A stretch of DNA of 64,000 bases, taken from NCBI RefSeq assembly GCF_041902845.1, contig NZ_CP159486.1, forward strand, positions 2,623,935 to 2,687,934, read 5' to 3'. Shown here one piece after another: positions 9,019 through 17,698 of the stretch. Each line of letters starts with the position of its first letter. Position 1 is the first letter of the stretch. Source of the DNA: Limibacterium fermenti (GTDB lineage Bacteria > Bacteroidota > Bacteroidia > Bacteroidales > Dysgonomonadaceae). Both the position numbers and the translations under genes were made by a program. The notes beneath the pieces are model-generated. The model was given only the letters and a program-made list of their open reading frames with translations, searched no databases and was not told where the DNA came from.

Positions 9019-9185
9019 TTTTTGCGCCTTTGAACTTTCCTATCTTTCAAATAACCCGCTATTTGATGTGAAACGAAAGTTCAAATCCATCAAAAAATGA
9101 CTAAAAAACGCCGCATAAAAAAAATTCAAACCAGTTTCTAAGAAACTATTTAAATTTCTTGCGAAAGGCTTTAATTAAACTATTC
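9019..9185. repeat. MITE-like interspersed repeat, copy A. It comprises a ~115-bp core plus one terminal-inverted-repeat-like arm (AGAAACTATTTAAATTTCTTGCGAAAGG).
   Basis: The core is about 88% identical by eye to 30424-30545. The arm matches the ends of the 21258-21453 element and the arms at 49443-49540. Confidence 0.6.
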
Positions 9186-9188
9186 TTT

Positions 9189-10709
9189 ATGAACAGACGA
9201 AATTTTATCCATACGGGCAGTCTGGCATTAGCCGGGACCATCGTTACACGCCCGTTCGCTAACGCGTCCCCCAAACACACCGCCGCCACGGCCGTAAACG
9301 CCGCGATGGATCATTTCGGGGTGAGTAAAAACGATATCCGAAACACCTTGGCCGCTGCCCTCGAAAAAGGCGGCTATTATGCCGATTTGTTCTTTGAGCA
9401 TACATTCAACAACTACGTGGGATTGCAGGACGGCGCCGTGAACCGCTGCAACTCGAACATCGACTTCGGCATGGGCGTGAGGGTGTTGTCGGGCGACCAA
9501 ACGGGGTATGCCTATATCGAAGACATCACTCCGCAAGAGATGCTCAAAGCGGCGCGTACGGCGGCACGTATCGCCGACGGCAGCGCAAAAACAGCTCCTG
9601 CGGCGCTGACCGAAAAACCGCTGAAGAAAAACTATTACACGGTTTCGACCCGCTGGGAGGAGGTTTTACTGAAAGATAAAACGCCGTATCTGCAACGGCT
9701 CAATGAAAAGGTCTTCGCTCTCGACAAACGGGTACAGAAGGTGTCGGCCTCGCTGAGCGACAGCACCACGCACATTCTTTTCTGCAATTCCGAGGGTGTC
9801 AGTTACTACGATTACCGCCCCATGTCGTCGCTCTCGGCGCTTTGCATCATGCAGGAAAACGGGCGCACCGAAAGCAATTATGCATCGCGGGCTTACCGCA
9901 AGGGATTTGAATTTCTGACGGACGAACTGACGGATGTCATCGCCCGCGAAGCCGTCGAAAAAACGGCTCTCCTATTTAAAGCCGTGAAGCCCAAGGGCGG
10001 CGAAATGCCGGTGGTGATGGGCGCCGGCGGATCGGGCATCTTGCTGCACGAAGCCATCGGACATGCTTTCGAGGCCGACTTTAACCGGAAAAACGTCTCG
10101 ATATTTGCCGGACAACTTCACAAGAAGGTCTGCAACGAACATATCAATGTGGTGGACGACGGCACCATCCCCTTTAACCGAGGGTCGGTGAACATCGACG
10201 ATGAAGGCACGGACGGGCAAAAGACGTATATCGTGCGCGAAGGCATCCTGACGAGCTATCTGCACGACCGCATCAGCGCCCGCCATTACGGCATCGCTTC
10301 CACCGGTAACGGCCGCCGCGAATCATTCCGCTATCCGCCCATGCCCCGCATGCGCGCCACGTACATGGAGGCGGGCGACCGCAAGGAAAAAGACATTATT
10401 GCCAGTGTGAAGAAGGGGATCTTCGTCGATAACTTCACCAACGGGCAAGTGCAGATCGGCGCGGGCGACTTCACCTTCTTTGTGAAATCGGGCTACCTGA
10501 TCGAAAACGGCGAACTGACCCAACCCATTAAGGATATCAACATCATCGGAAACGGCCCCAAGGCATTGGCCGACATTACCCTTGTCGCCGATAATCCGGC
10601 CATTGACAACGGCACTTGGACATGCGGCAAAGACGGGCAATCGTGTCCCGTGACCTGCGGCATGCCTTCGGTCTTGGTCGGCAAACTCACCGTGGGAGGA
10701 AACAGCTAG
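9189..10709 (+). CDS. tldD: TldD-family metallopeptidase with a twin-arginine signal
   Basis: The HEAIGHAFE zinc motif is present, with an MNRRNFIHTGSLALAG Tat signal at the ATG at 9189. The ORF-track TTG start at 9159 is rejected. It is adjacent to a PmbA-like paralog. Confidence 0.8.
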   Translation: MNRRNFIHTGSLALAGTIVTRPFANASPKHTAATAVNAAMDHFGVSKNDIRNTLAAALEKGGYYADLFFEHTFNNYVGLQDGAVNRCNSNIDFGMGVRVLSGDQTGYAYIEDITPQEMLKAARTAARIADGSAKTAPAALTEKPLKKNYYTVSTRWEEVLLKDKTPYLQRLNEKVFALDKRVQKVSASLSDSTTHILFCNSEGVSYYDYRPMSSLSALCIMQENGRTESNYASRAYRKGFEFLTDELTDVIAREAVEKTALLFKAVKPKGGEMPVVMGAGGSGILLHEAIGHAFEADFNRKNVSIFAGQLHKKVCNEHINVVDDGTIPFNRGSVNIDDEGTDGQKTYIVREGILTSYLHDRISARHYGIASTGNGRRESFRYPPMPRMRATYMEAGDRKEKDIIASVKKGIFVDNFTNGQVQIGAGDFTFFVKSGYLIENGELTQPIKDINIIGNGPKALADITLVADNPAIDNGTWTCGKDGQSCPVTCGMPSVLVGKLTVGGNS

Positions 10710-10745
10710 TAATGACTAATGACTAATGACTAATGACTAATTATA
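10709..10745 (+). repeat. (TAATGAC)x4 stop-dense microrepeat immediately after the tldD stop
   Basis: Read directly. TAA or TGA occurs in all three frames. Confidence 0.7.
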
Positions 10746-10824
10746 AATGGCCAATGAATCATAAAAATCATTCACCAGTCACAGTTGGTCACTTATCATT
10801 TTAAACAACCAAATAAATACGCAC

Positions 10825-12144
10825 ATGCTATCAAACAATCATAAAAAATTAGCCGAATGGGCTATGGATTATGCCCTATCGAACGGATGCCAGGCCGCCC
10901 GAGTCTCTCTTTACGCCGGATCGAACAGTTCGTTCGAATTACGCGACGCCAAGATGGACAAGTTGCAACAGGCATCGGAAAGCGGCTTAAGCCTGTCGCT
11001 GTATGTTGACGGCCGTTACGGAACCTATTCGACCAACCGCCTCGATAAAAAAGAACTCTCTTCTTTCATCAAAAACGGAATCGAATCGACTCGCTTCCTG
11101 GCAAAAGACGAGGCCCGCATACTCCCCGACCCTGCCCGATATTACCAAGGCGGCCGCCCCGACCTGCAACTGCTCGACCCGGATTTCAACTCGGTCGATC
11201 CCGATGCAAAAAAGGCTCTGGCCGAAGACATCGCCCGGGAAGCTCTTGGCAAAGATCCTCGCATCATCTCGGTCGAATCATCGTACGGCGACGGCGACTC
11301 GTTCAACTATTTGCTCGCGAGCAACGGTTTTAAGGGCGAAAGCCAACGTTCATGGTATTCGCTTTCGGCCAGCGTGGCGGTAAAAGGCGACAACGAGGCG
11401 CGGCCGTCATCCTACTGGTACGAATCGTCGCCGCAACTATCGTCCCTCATCAAAAAAGGCATCGGCGAGAAAGCCCTGCAACGGGTACTGCGCAAAATCG
11501 GACAACAAAAAGCGGCCTCCGGCAAATACACGCTCATCGTCGACCCGTTGAATGCCGCCAACTTGTTATCGCCTCTTATCAGCGCCCTCTACGGCTCGGC
11601 ATTGCAACAGAAAAATTCGTTTCTGCTCGACAAAATCGACACCCAGATAGGCAGCAACGCATTCACCCTCATCGACGAGCCGCATCTTACCGGTGCACCC
11701 GGCGCGCGATATTTCGACAACGAAGGCGTGGCCACCCAACGTCGTGAAGTGTTTCGCCAAGGAGTGCTCAAAACATATTTTATCGACACGTACAACGCGA
11801 AAAAAATGCAGATCGAGCCGACCATTTCCTCGCCGTCGATACTGATATTAACTCCCGGCACCAACAATCTCGACGCGTTAGTCGCAGGGGTAGACAAAGG
11901 GATTTTGGTTACCGGTTTCAACGGCGGCAATTGCAACGCCACCACCGGCGACTTCTCCTATGGCATCGAAGGATTTCTGGTGGAAGGGGGAGCCCTGAGC
12001 CGTCCGGTATCGGAAATGAACATCACGGGCAACATGATCCGGTTATGGTCGTCGCTGACGGAAGCAGGCAACGACGCCCGCCTCACTTCGTCCTGGCGCA
12101 TACCGTCATTGGTCTTCGACGAAGTCGATTTCAGCGGATTGTAA
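10825..12144 (+). CDS. pmbA: PmbA/TldE-family metallopeptidase partner
   Basis: This 439-aa TldD/PmbA-family paralog lacks the HExxxH motif and lies immediately downstream of tldD. Confidence 0.75.
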   Translation: MLSNNHKKLAEWAMDYALSNGCQAARVSLYAGSNSSFELRDAKMDKLQQASESGLSLSLYVDGRYGTYSTNRLDKKELSSFIKNGIESTRFLAKDEARILPDPARYYQGGRPDLQLLDPDFNSVDPDAKKALAEDIAREALGKDPRIISVESSYGDGDSFNYLLASNGFKGESQRSWYSLSASVAVKGDNEARPSSYWYESSPQLSSLIKKGIGEKALQRVLRKIGQQKAASGKYTLIVDPLNAANLLSPLISALYGSALQQKNSFLLDKIDTQIGSNAFTLIDEPHLTGAPGARYFDNEGVATQRREVFRQGVLKTYFIDTYNAKKMQIEPTISSPSILILTPGTNNLDALVAGVDKGILVTGFNGGNCNATTGDFSYGIEGFLVEGGALSRPVSEMNITGNMIRLWSSLTEAGNDARLTSSWRIPSLVFDEVDFSGL

Positions 12145-12149
12145 TTAAA

Positions 12150-12228
12150 TTGGAGGTTGGAGGATAGAGGTTGGAGGATAGTGATGGAGAATAGTGGCTG
12201 GAGGATAGGGATGGGTTAGGAATGAGCA
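12150..12228 (+). repeat. Purine-rich degenerate repeat (GGAGGATAG / GGTTGGAG / GATGGAGAATAGTGG units) immediately after the pmbA stop
   Basis: Read directly. TAG and TGA recur in all three frames. Confidence 0.7.
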
Positions 12229-12347
12229 ACTCGAGTTACCGTCCAACGTTTTTTAATAGGGTTTTTAATCGCTTTCTCAACGGTTTTCGTTACTTTTGCG
12301 TGGAAATCAAAAAGCAACTTATTTTGCATAGCACTTTGTGACACATT

Positions 12348-14756
12348 ATGGCTAAAAACAAAACCGTTCGCGGCAAACAAAAGAAATCGCAGAAAGATAC
12401 TGCCAAACCCGGCATTGTCAAATGGATGTGGCGCATCTTCGGCATCGCCTGCATCGCCATCGCCCTCTTTTTCATGCTCATTGCAGCCGGCGCTATCGGC
12501 TACATACCGGAAATCGACGAACTCCAAAATCCAATCGATAAATATGCCTCCCAGGTACTCTCGTCCGATGATCAATTGCTTTTCACCTATTCGCAAAGCG
12601 ACGAGAACCGCTTGTTCATCGATTACTCCGAGTTGTCGCCCTATCTCATTCAGGCGCTCGTTTCGACGGAAGATGTCCGCTATTATTCACATTCCGGCAT
12701 CGATATGATCGGTTTGGGAAGAGCCGTCTTCAAAACCATCCTTTTACAACAGGAAGGCAGCGGCGGCGGAAGTACCATCACCCAGCAATTAGCCAAACTG
12801 CTTTATTCGCCTACCGCGAGCAACAAGTTGCAACGTCTTCTGCAAAAGCCCATTGAATGGGTGATTGCCGTCAAGCTCGAACGCTATTATTCGAAAGACG
12901 AAATCATCAACCTGTATCTGAACAAGTACGACTTCAATTACAACGCCGTCGGCATCGAATCGGCCGCCCGTACGTATTTTAATAAAACGCCCGACAAACT
13001 CACTATCGAAGAGGCCGCCACCCTCATCGGCATGCTGAAGAACTCGTCGCTCTACAACCCCGTGCGGCGCTCCGAAATCACCACGCAACGCCGAAACATC
13101 GTGTTGGGCCAAATGCAAAAGGCGGGCTACCTGAAGAAACAGGAGGCCGACTCGCTCAAAAAGCTGCCTATCGACCTCGACTTCAACCGTTCCAGCCATG
13201 TGAATGTGCTGGCGCCTTACTACCGCCAACATTTGGCTATTATGATGATGGCGAAGAAGCCGGATAAAAAGAATTATGCTTCGTGGCAAGGCCAACAATT
13301 CACAGAAGACTCGCTGGCATGGCTCGAAAATCCGCTCTACGGATGGTGCAATAAAAATAAAAAAACCGATGGGGCGAACTATAACATTTACACCGACGGA
13401 CTCAAAATTTATTCGACCATCGATTCGCGCATCCAGCGTCATGCCGAAGAGGCGGTGAGGGAACATCTCGGCGATTACCTGCAAGATATGTTCTTTAAAG
13501 AAAAAGCGGGACGCAAGTACGCTCCTTATTCGAATGAAGTAAGCGCCGAAGTGGAAGGCTTGCTCACTCGGGCCATGAAGCAGACCGAGCGCTACCGGTT
13601 GATGAAAAAAGCCGGTAAAAGCGAATACGAAATACTGAAGGTTTTCAAAGACAAGAAAGTGGAGATGAAAGTGTTTGCGTGGAACAATGCCGGGGAGATC
13701 GACACGCTGATGACACCCTGGGATTCGATACGTTACCACAAGAGTTTCCTGCGTGCCGGATTCATGGCGATGAGCCCTGTCACCGGACACGTGAAAGCCT
13801 ATGTAGGCGGCCCTGATTTTCAGTTTTTCAAATACGATATGGTCAGTACGGGTAAACGGCAGATCGGTTCTACCATCAAGCCTTATTTATACACGTTGGC
13901 GATGGAAGAAGGCATGACGCCCTGCGACGAAGTGGTACACGAACCGCAAACGCTGATGACTGAAACCGGCGAGCCGTGGACGCCCCGCAACCCCGGAGCT
14001 AAAAACGTCGGAGCGACGGTTACCATCAAATGGGGTTTACAAGCGTCGAGCAACTGGGTAACGGCCTACCTGATGAAACTGTTTTCGCCCTATGCCTTCG
14101 CCCGCCTGTTGTCCTCTTTCGGTTTGAAAACGCCGGCTCCTCCGGTGGTATCGTTGGCGCTCGGGCCTAACGAAGCCTCCGTCTCCGAAATGGTCGGCGC
14201 GTACACCGCTTTTGTCCACAAGGGCATCCGCATCGACCCGATGCTCGTCACCCGTATCGAAGACTCGTATGGTAACGTAGTGGCCACATTTGTCCCCAAC
14301 ATGCACGAAATATTCAGCGAAAGCACGTCGTACAAAATGCTCGACATGCTCAAAGGGGTGGTCGACGGCGGAACGGGTAACCGCCTGCGATGGCGCTATA
14401 ACCTGAAAGGGCAAATGGGCGGAAAAACGGGTACGACCAATAACAATTCCGACGGATGGTTCATGTCGTTCACGCCCGAGCTGGTAGCCGGCTGTTGGGT
14501 GGGCGGTGAAGAACGTTCGATTCATTTCGACCGGATGGCGTATGGCCAAGGTGCGAGCATGGCGCTGCCGATTCACGGATTGTTTTATCAGAAGATTTAT
14601 GCCGATACGGATCTCAAAATGACGGACGACGGCGTGTTTGATATTCCTCCCGCCTATCAGAATCCGTGTTATGACTTACAAAAGTATTCTCCCGACTTTT
14701 ATCAAAGTGAAGATCCTCTCAGCGGCAGCGAGGGTATCGACGATATTTTCGAATAA
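12348..14756 (+). CDS. mrcA: Penicillin-binding protein 1A (bifunctional glycosyltransferase/transpeptidase)
   Basis: The 802-aa ORF has an N-terminal TM segment and GT51 motifs (EDVRYYSHSGID, GGSTITQQLAK), followed by a transpeptidase domain. Confidence 0.85.
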   Translation: MAKNKTVRGKQKKSQKDTAKPGIVKWMWRIFGIACIAIALFFMLIAAGAIGYIPEIDELQNPIDKYASQVLSSDDQLLFTYSQSDENRLFIDYSELSPYLIQALVSTEDVRYYSHSGIDMIGLGRAVFKTILLQQEGSGGGSTITQQLAKLLYSPTASNKLQRLLQKPIEWVIAVKLERYYSKDEIINLYLNKYDFNYNAVGIESAARTYFNKTPDKLTIEEAATLIGMLKNSSLYNPVRRSEITTQRRNIVLGQMQKAGYLKKQEADSLKKLPIDLDFNRSSHVNVLAPYYRQHLAIMMMAKKPDKKNYASWQGQQFTEDSLAWLENPLYGWCNKNKKTDGANYNIYTDGLKIYSTIDSRIQRHAEEAVREHLGDYLQDMFFKEKAGRKYAPYSNEVSAEVEGLLTRAMKQTERYRLMKKAGKSEYEILKVFKDKKVEMKVFAWNNAGEIDTLMTPWDSIRYHKSFLRAGFMAMSPVTGHVKAYVGGPDFQFFKYDMVSTGKRQIGSTIKPYLYTLAMEEGMTPCDEVVHEPQTLMTETGEPWTPRNPGAKNVGATVTIKWGLQASSNWVTAYLMKLFSPYAFARLLSSFGLKTPAPPVVSLALGPNEASVSEMVGAYTAFVHKGIRIDPMLVTRIEDSYGNVVATFVPNMHEIFSESTSYKMLDMLKGVVDGGTGNRLRWRYNLKGQMGGKTGTTNNNSDGWFMSFTPELVAGCWVGGEERSIHFDRMAYGQGASMALPIHGLFYQKIYADTDLKMTDDGVFDIPPAYQNPCYDLQKYSPDFYQSEDPLSGSEGIDDIFE

Positions 14757-14761
14757 GCGGG

Positions 14762-15088
14762 ATGAAAAGAGAAACGGGAAAAAGAATCATTTGTGTATGG
14801 ATAGTATTTCTATCACTCATGCCGTTTTTCGTCGTGAAAAGCGTTCACGTTCATCATCATGAATCTGTTCTTTATTCGAGTTGCTGCGATCGTAGTTGCA
14901 GTGGGATCGACAATCTTCAGGATTCATGTCTCGTTTGTCATTTCATACTTTCCCCTTTCCTTGAGTCCGAGACTTTCGAGTTGACGTTTTACACGGAATT
15001 GCTTTCCTGTCAATTTTCCGGACACGAAATCGGGAAGGTGTGCGACATCGACTATTCTTACGGTTCGCGGGCTCCTCCCGTTTTCTAA
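14762..15088 (+). CDS. Small hypothetical membrane-anchored Cys/His-rich protein. Whether it is a real gene is uncertain.
   Basis: The 108-aa ORF starts 6 nt after the PBP1A stop. It has an N-terminal hydrophobic helix, then HVHHHE and a CC..C..C cluster, and lies upstream of a TonB-dependent receptor. Confidence 0.35.
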   Translation: MKRETGKRIICVWIVFLSLMPFFVVKSVHVHHHESVLYSSCCDRSCSGIDNLQDSCLVCHFILSPFLESETFELTFYTELLSCQFSGHEIGKVCDIDYSYGSRAPPVF

Positions 15089-15212
15089 CCTCATTTTATT
15101 CTCATTTTCTTATTTATTTCATCGATAAACGGAGGCTGCGACCGGGGGATGCAACATATATTCTCTTTCCTGTGTCGCAGTCTCCCTATCAATATAAATT
15201 CAAAAAACAATA

Positions 15213-17630
15213 ATGAAAACAAAATATATAATCATCATATTCTTTTTATCTATGGGTGCCTCCTTGTTCGCCGAAACGCCGACGGACAAACTCTCGTTAA
15301 GAGGAAAAGTTACGGATGAAATAAATGGAAGCGCACTCATGGGCGTGAACATTTATTTTCCCGAGTTGAAAAAGGGAACCGTTACCGACGACAAGGGTCA
15401 TTATTTTATTACGGATCTTCCCGCCGTCACAACTACCGTGCAAGTGAGTTACGTGGGGCATCAGACCATCGCGCAGGCCGTGAATTTGAAGACGACCGGC
15501 AATCTCGACTTCGTGTTGAAAGAATCCGATGCGCGGATCAACGAAGTCGTTATCACCGCCTTGACGGGAAACGCTTTGATTAAAAGAACTCCGTCACCGA
15601 TTTCCTATGTATCCGGAAAAGAATTGGAAGGACGCTCTGCTACCAATATTATCGACGCCATTGCAAAGCAGCCGGGCATTTCGCAAATCACAACCGGCAG
15701 CAGCATCTCCAAGCCGGTTATTCGCGGATTGGGATACAACAGAGTGGTTGTAGTCAATGACGGCATTCGTCAGGAAGGACAGCAGTGGGGCGACGAACAT
15801 GGTATCGAAATAGACCCGCACACCGTTTATTCAGTTGAAATATTGAAAGGCCCCGCCAGTTTGATGTACGGTTCCGACGCCATGGCGGGTGTCATCAATT
15901 TCCAGTCCGACCCGATTTTACCGCAGGGAATGATGAAAGCGAATGTGGCTACGGAGTATCAAACCAACAACGGCCTGTTCAATTATTCGCTGAACTATGC
16001 GGGAAATAAGAGCGGATTCGTTTGGAACTGGAGATACAGCGACAAGATGGCGCATACCTATCAAAACCGTTATGACGGATATGTTTACGGTTCGGGGTTT
16101 CGCGAAAGGGCCGTGTCCGGATTGTTCGGGCTCAGCCGCAGTTGGGGCTATTCGCACCTCACGCTCGACTATTATCATCTTACTCCCGGCATTGTGGAAG
16201 GCGAACGCGACGAGGCCACCGGCAAATTTCTTAAACCGGTCGTAATCGACGGCGAAGAAGATGAAGCCGTAGCCACGGACAAGGACGGCCATTCTTACGC
16301 TCATCCCATGCCTTATCAGCAAATCTATCATTACAAAGCGGCCTTGAACAATAATTTCATCATAGGCGAAGGAAATTTGCGGGCGATTGTCGGTTATCAG
16401 CAAAACCGCCGGCAGGAGTTCGAGGATATTTTGACTCCGGACAATTACGGCCTTTACTTCCAATTGCATACCGTAAACTACGATTTGCGCTACACGTTTC
16501 CCGAAATGGGAGGCTACAAACTTGTAACCGGGGTGAACGGCATGTATCAGAAATCGTTAAACAAAGGCAGCGAGTTTCTTATTCCGGCATACCACCTTTT
16601 CGATGCAGGAGTTTTTGTTCTGGCAAGCCGTAATTTCGACAAGATGGATGTCAGCGGAGGTATTCGTTTCGACCATCGCAGCAATCACAGCGAAGCCTTG
16701 TATCTGAATGCCGGCGAAGAGCCGGTTGACAGGAATGCCGAGGGGGCGGAAGAGAAGTTTCCCGGTTTTTCACGTCAATTTCAAGGCGTCAGCGGTAGTT
16801 TAGGGGTTACCTATCAATTCTCCGATGCGTGGCACACCAAACTGAATTTGTCCAAAGGGTTCCGTGCGCCCAATATCAGCGAGCTGGCTTCCAACGGCGT
16901 CCACGAGGGAACGATTCGTTACGAAAAAGGCAATTCGGACCTAAAGGCGGAGAACAGTTGGCAAGCCGATTGGGGTATAGGATATTCCTCTTCGTTTCTG
17001 TCGATAGAACTTTCGCTTTTCGCAAATCGCATCGACAATTATATCTTTTCTCATAAGATAACGGATGATAAGGGGAACGACTTGCTCACCGAAGGTTACC
17101 GCACCTATCAGTTCATTTCGGGCGACGCCCGTATTTTGGGCGGAGAGGCAAGCATCGATATTCATCCCGTGGAGCGGCTACATTTTCAAAATACGTTTTC
17201 GTACGTAAATTCCGTGCAGCTCAATCAATCCGATTCCACCAAATATCTTCCCTATACGCCTGCTCCCAAAGGGATATCCGAGCTCCGGTACGATCTCATT
17301 CGCCATGGCAAGATACTGAACAACACCTATATTTCGTTGGAGTTGGAGTATAACCTGAAGCAAGATCATATTTATTCCGCCTTCAACACCGAAACCGTTA
17401 CGCCGGCTTATGTATTGCTCAATGCGGCTTTCGGCACCGACTTCATGTGCAAGGGACGTACGGTGGCTTCGCTCTATTTTACAGCCGATAACCTGACGGA
17501 CAGAGCCTATCAGAATCACCTGAGCCGATTGAAATATGCCGACGAAAACCCCGTTACCGGCCGAACGGGCGTTTACAATATGGGTCGAAACTTCGGAGTG
17601 AAACTGATCGTTCCTCTTGTTTTCAAGTAA
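15213..17630 (+). CDS. TonB-dependent outer-membrane receptor with an N-terminal carboxypeptidase-regulatory-like domain
   Basis: The 805-aa ORF has a signal peptide, a CarbopepD_reg-like segment and plug motifs (NRVVVVNDGIRQEGQQWGDEHG), followed by a long beta-barrel. Confidence 0.85.
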   Translation: MKTKYIIIIFFLSMGASLFAETPTDKLSLRGKVTDEINGSALMGVNIYFPELKKGTVTDDKGHYFITDLPAVTTTVQVSYVGHQTIAQAVNLKTTGNLDFVLKESDARINEVVITALTGNALIKRTPSPISYVSGKELEGRSATNIIDAIAKQPGISQITTGSSISKPVIRGLGYNRVVVVNDGIRQEGQQWGDEHGIEIDPHTVYSVEILKGPASLMYGSDAMAGVINFQSDPILPQGMMKANVATEYQTNNGLFNYSLNYAGNKSGFVWNWRYSDKMAHTYQNRYDGYVYGSGFRERAVSGLFGLSRSWGYSHLTLDYYHLTPGIVEGERDEATGKFLKPVVIDGEEDEAVATDKDGHSYAHPMPYQQIYHYKAALNNNFIIGEGNLRAIVGYQQNRRQEFEDILTPDNYGLYFQLHTVNYDLRYTFPEMGGYKLVTGVNGMYQKSLNKGSEFLIPAYHLFDAGVFVLASRNFDKMDVSGGIRFDHRSNHSEALYLNAGEEPVDRNAEGAEEKFPGFSRQFQGVSGSLGVTYQFSDAWHTKLNLSKGFRAPNISELASNGVHEGTIRYEKGNSDLKAENSWQADWGIGYSSSFLSIELSLFANRIDNYIFSHKITDDKGNDLLTEGYRTYQFISGDARILGGEASIDIHPVERLHFQNTFSYVNSVQLNQSDSTKYLPYTPAPKGISELRYDLIRHGKILNNTYISLELEYNLKQDHIYSAFNTETVTPAYVLLNAAFGTDFMCKGRTVASLYFTADNLTDRAYQNHLSRLKYADENPVTGRTGVYNMGRNFGVKLIVPLVFK

Positions 17631-17641
17631 AAATCGATTTT

Positions 17642-17672
17642 ATCCCTCGCCTTTCCGACGAGGGATTTTTAT
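17642..17672. terminator. Bidirectional rho-independent terminator between convergent genes
   Basis: An 8-bp ATCCCTCG ... CGAGGGAT stem is followed by TTTTAT. Confidence 0.6.
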
Positions 17673-17698
17673 GATTAAAATCGCTTGGGATGAGAACG

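Noticed and set aside
8835-9050. 71-aa lysine-rich minus-strand ORF
   Set aside because: It sits in an AT-rich non-coding stretch that overlaps the MITE-like copy A, and its basic low-complexity translation looks spurious.
9159-9188. TTG start for tldD given by the ORF track
   Set aside because: An in-frame ATG at 9189 is followed immediately by a twin-arginine signal (MNRRNFIH…). The 10 upstream codons lie inside the MITE-like repeat.
12789-13790. 333-aa minus-strand ORF
   Set aside because: It is fully embedded antisense in the PBP1A gene, which has strong motif support. This is a typical shadow ORF in GC-rich coding sequence.
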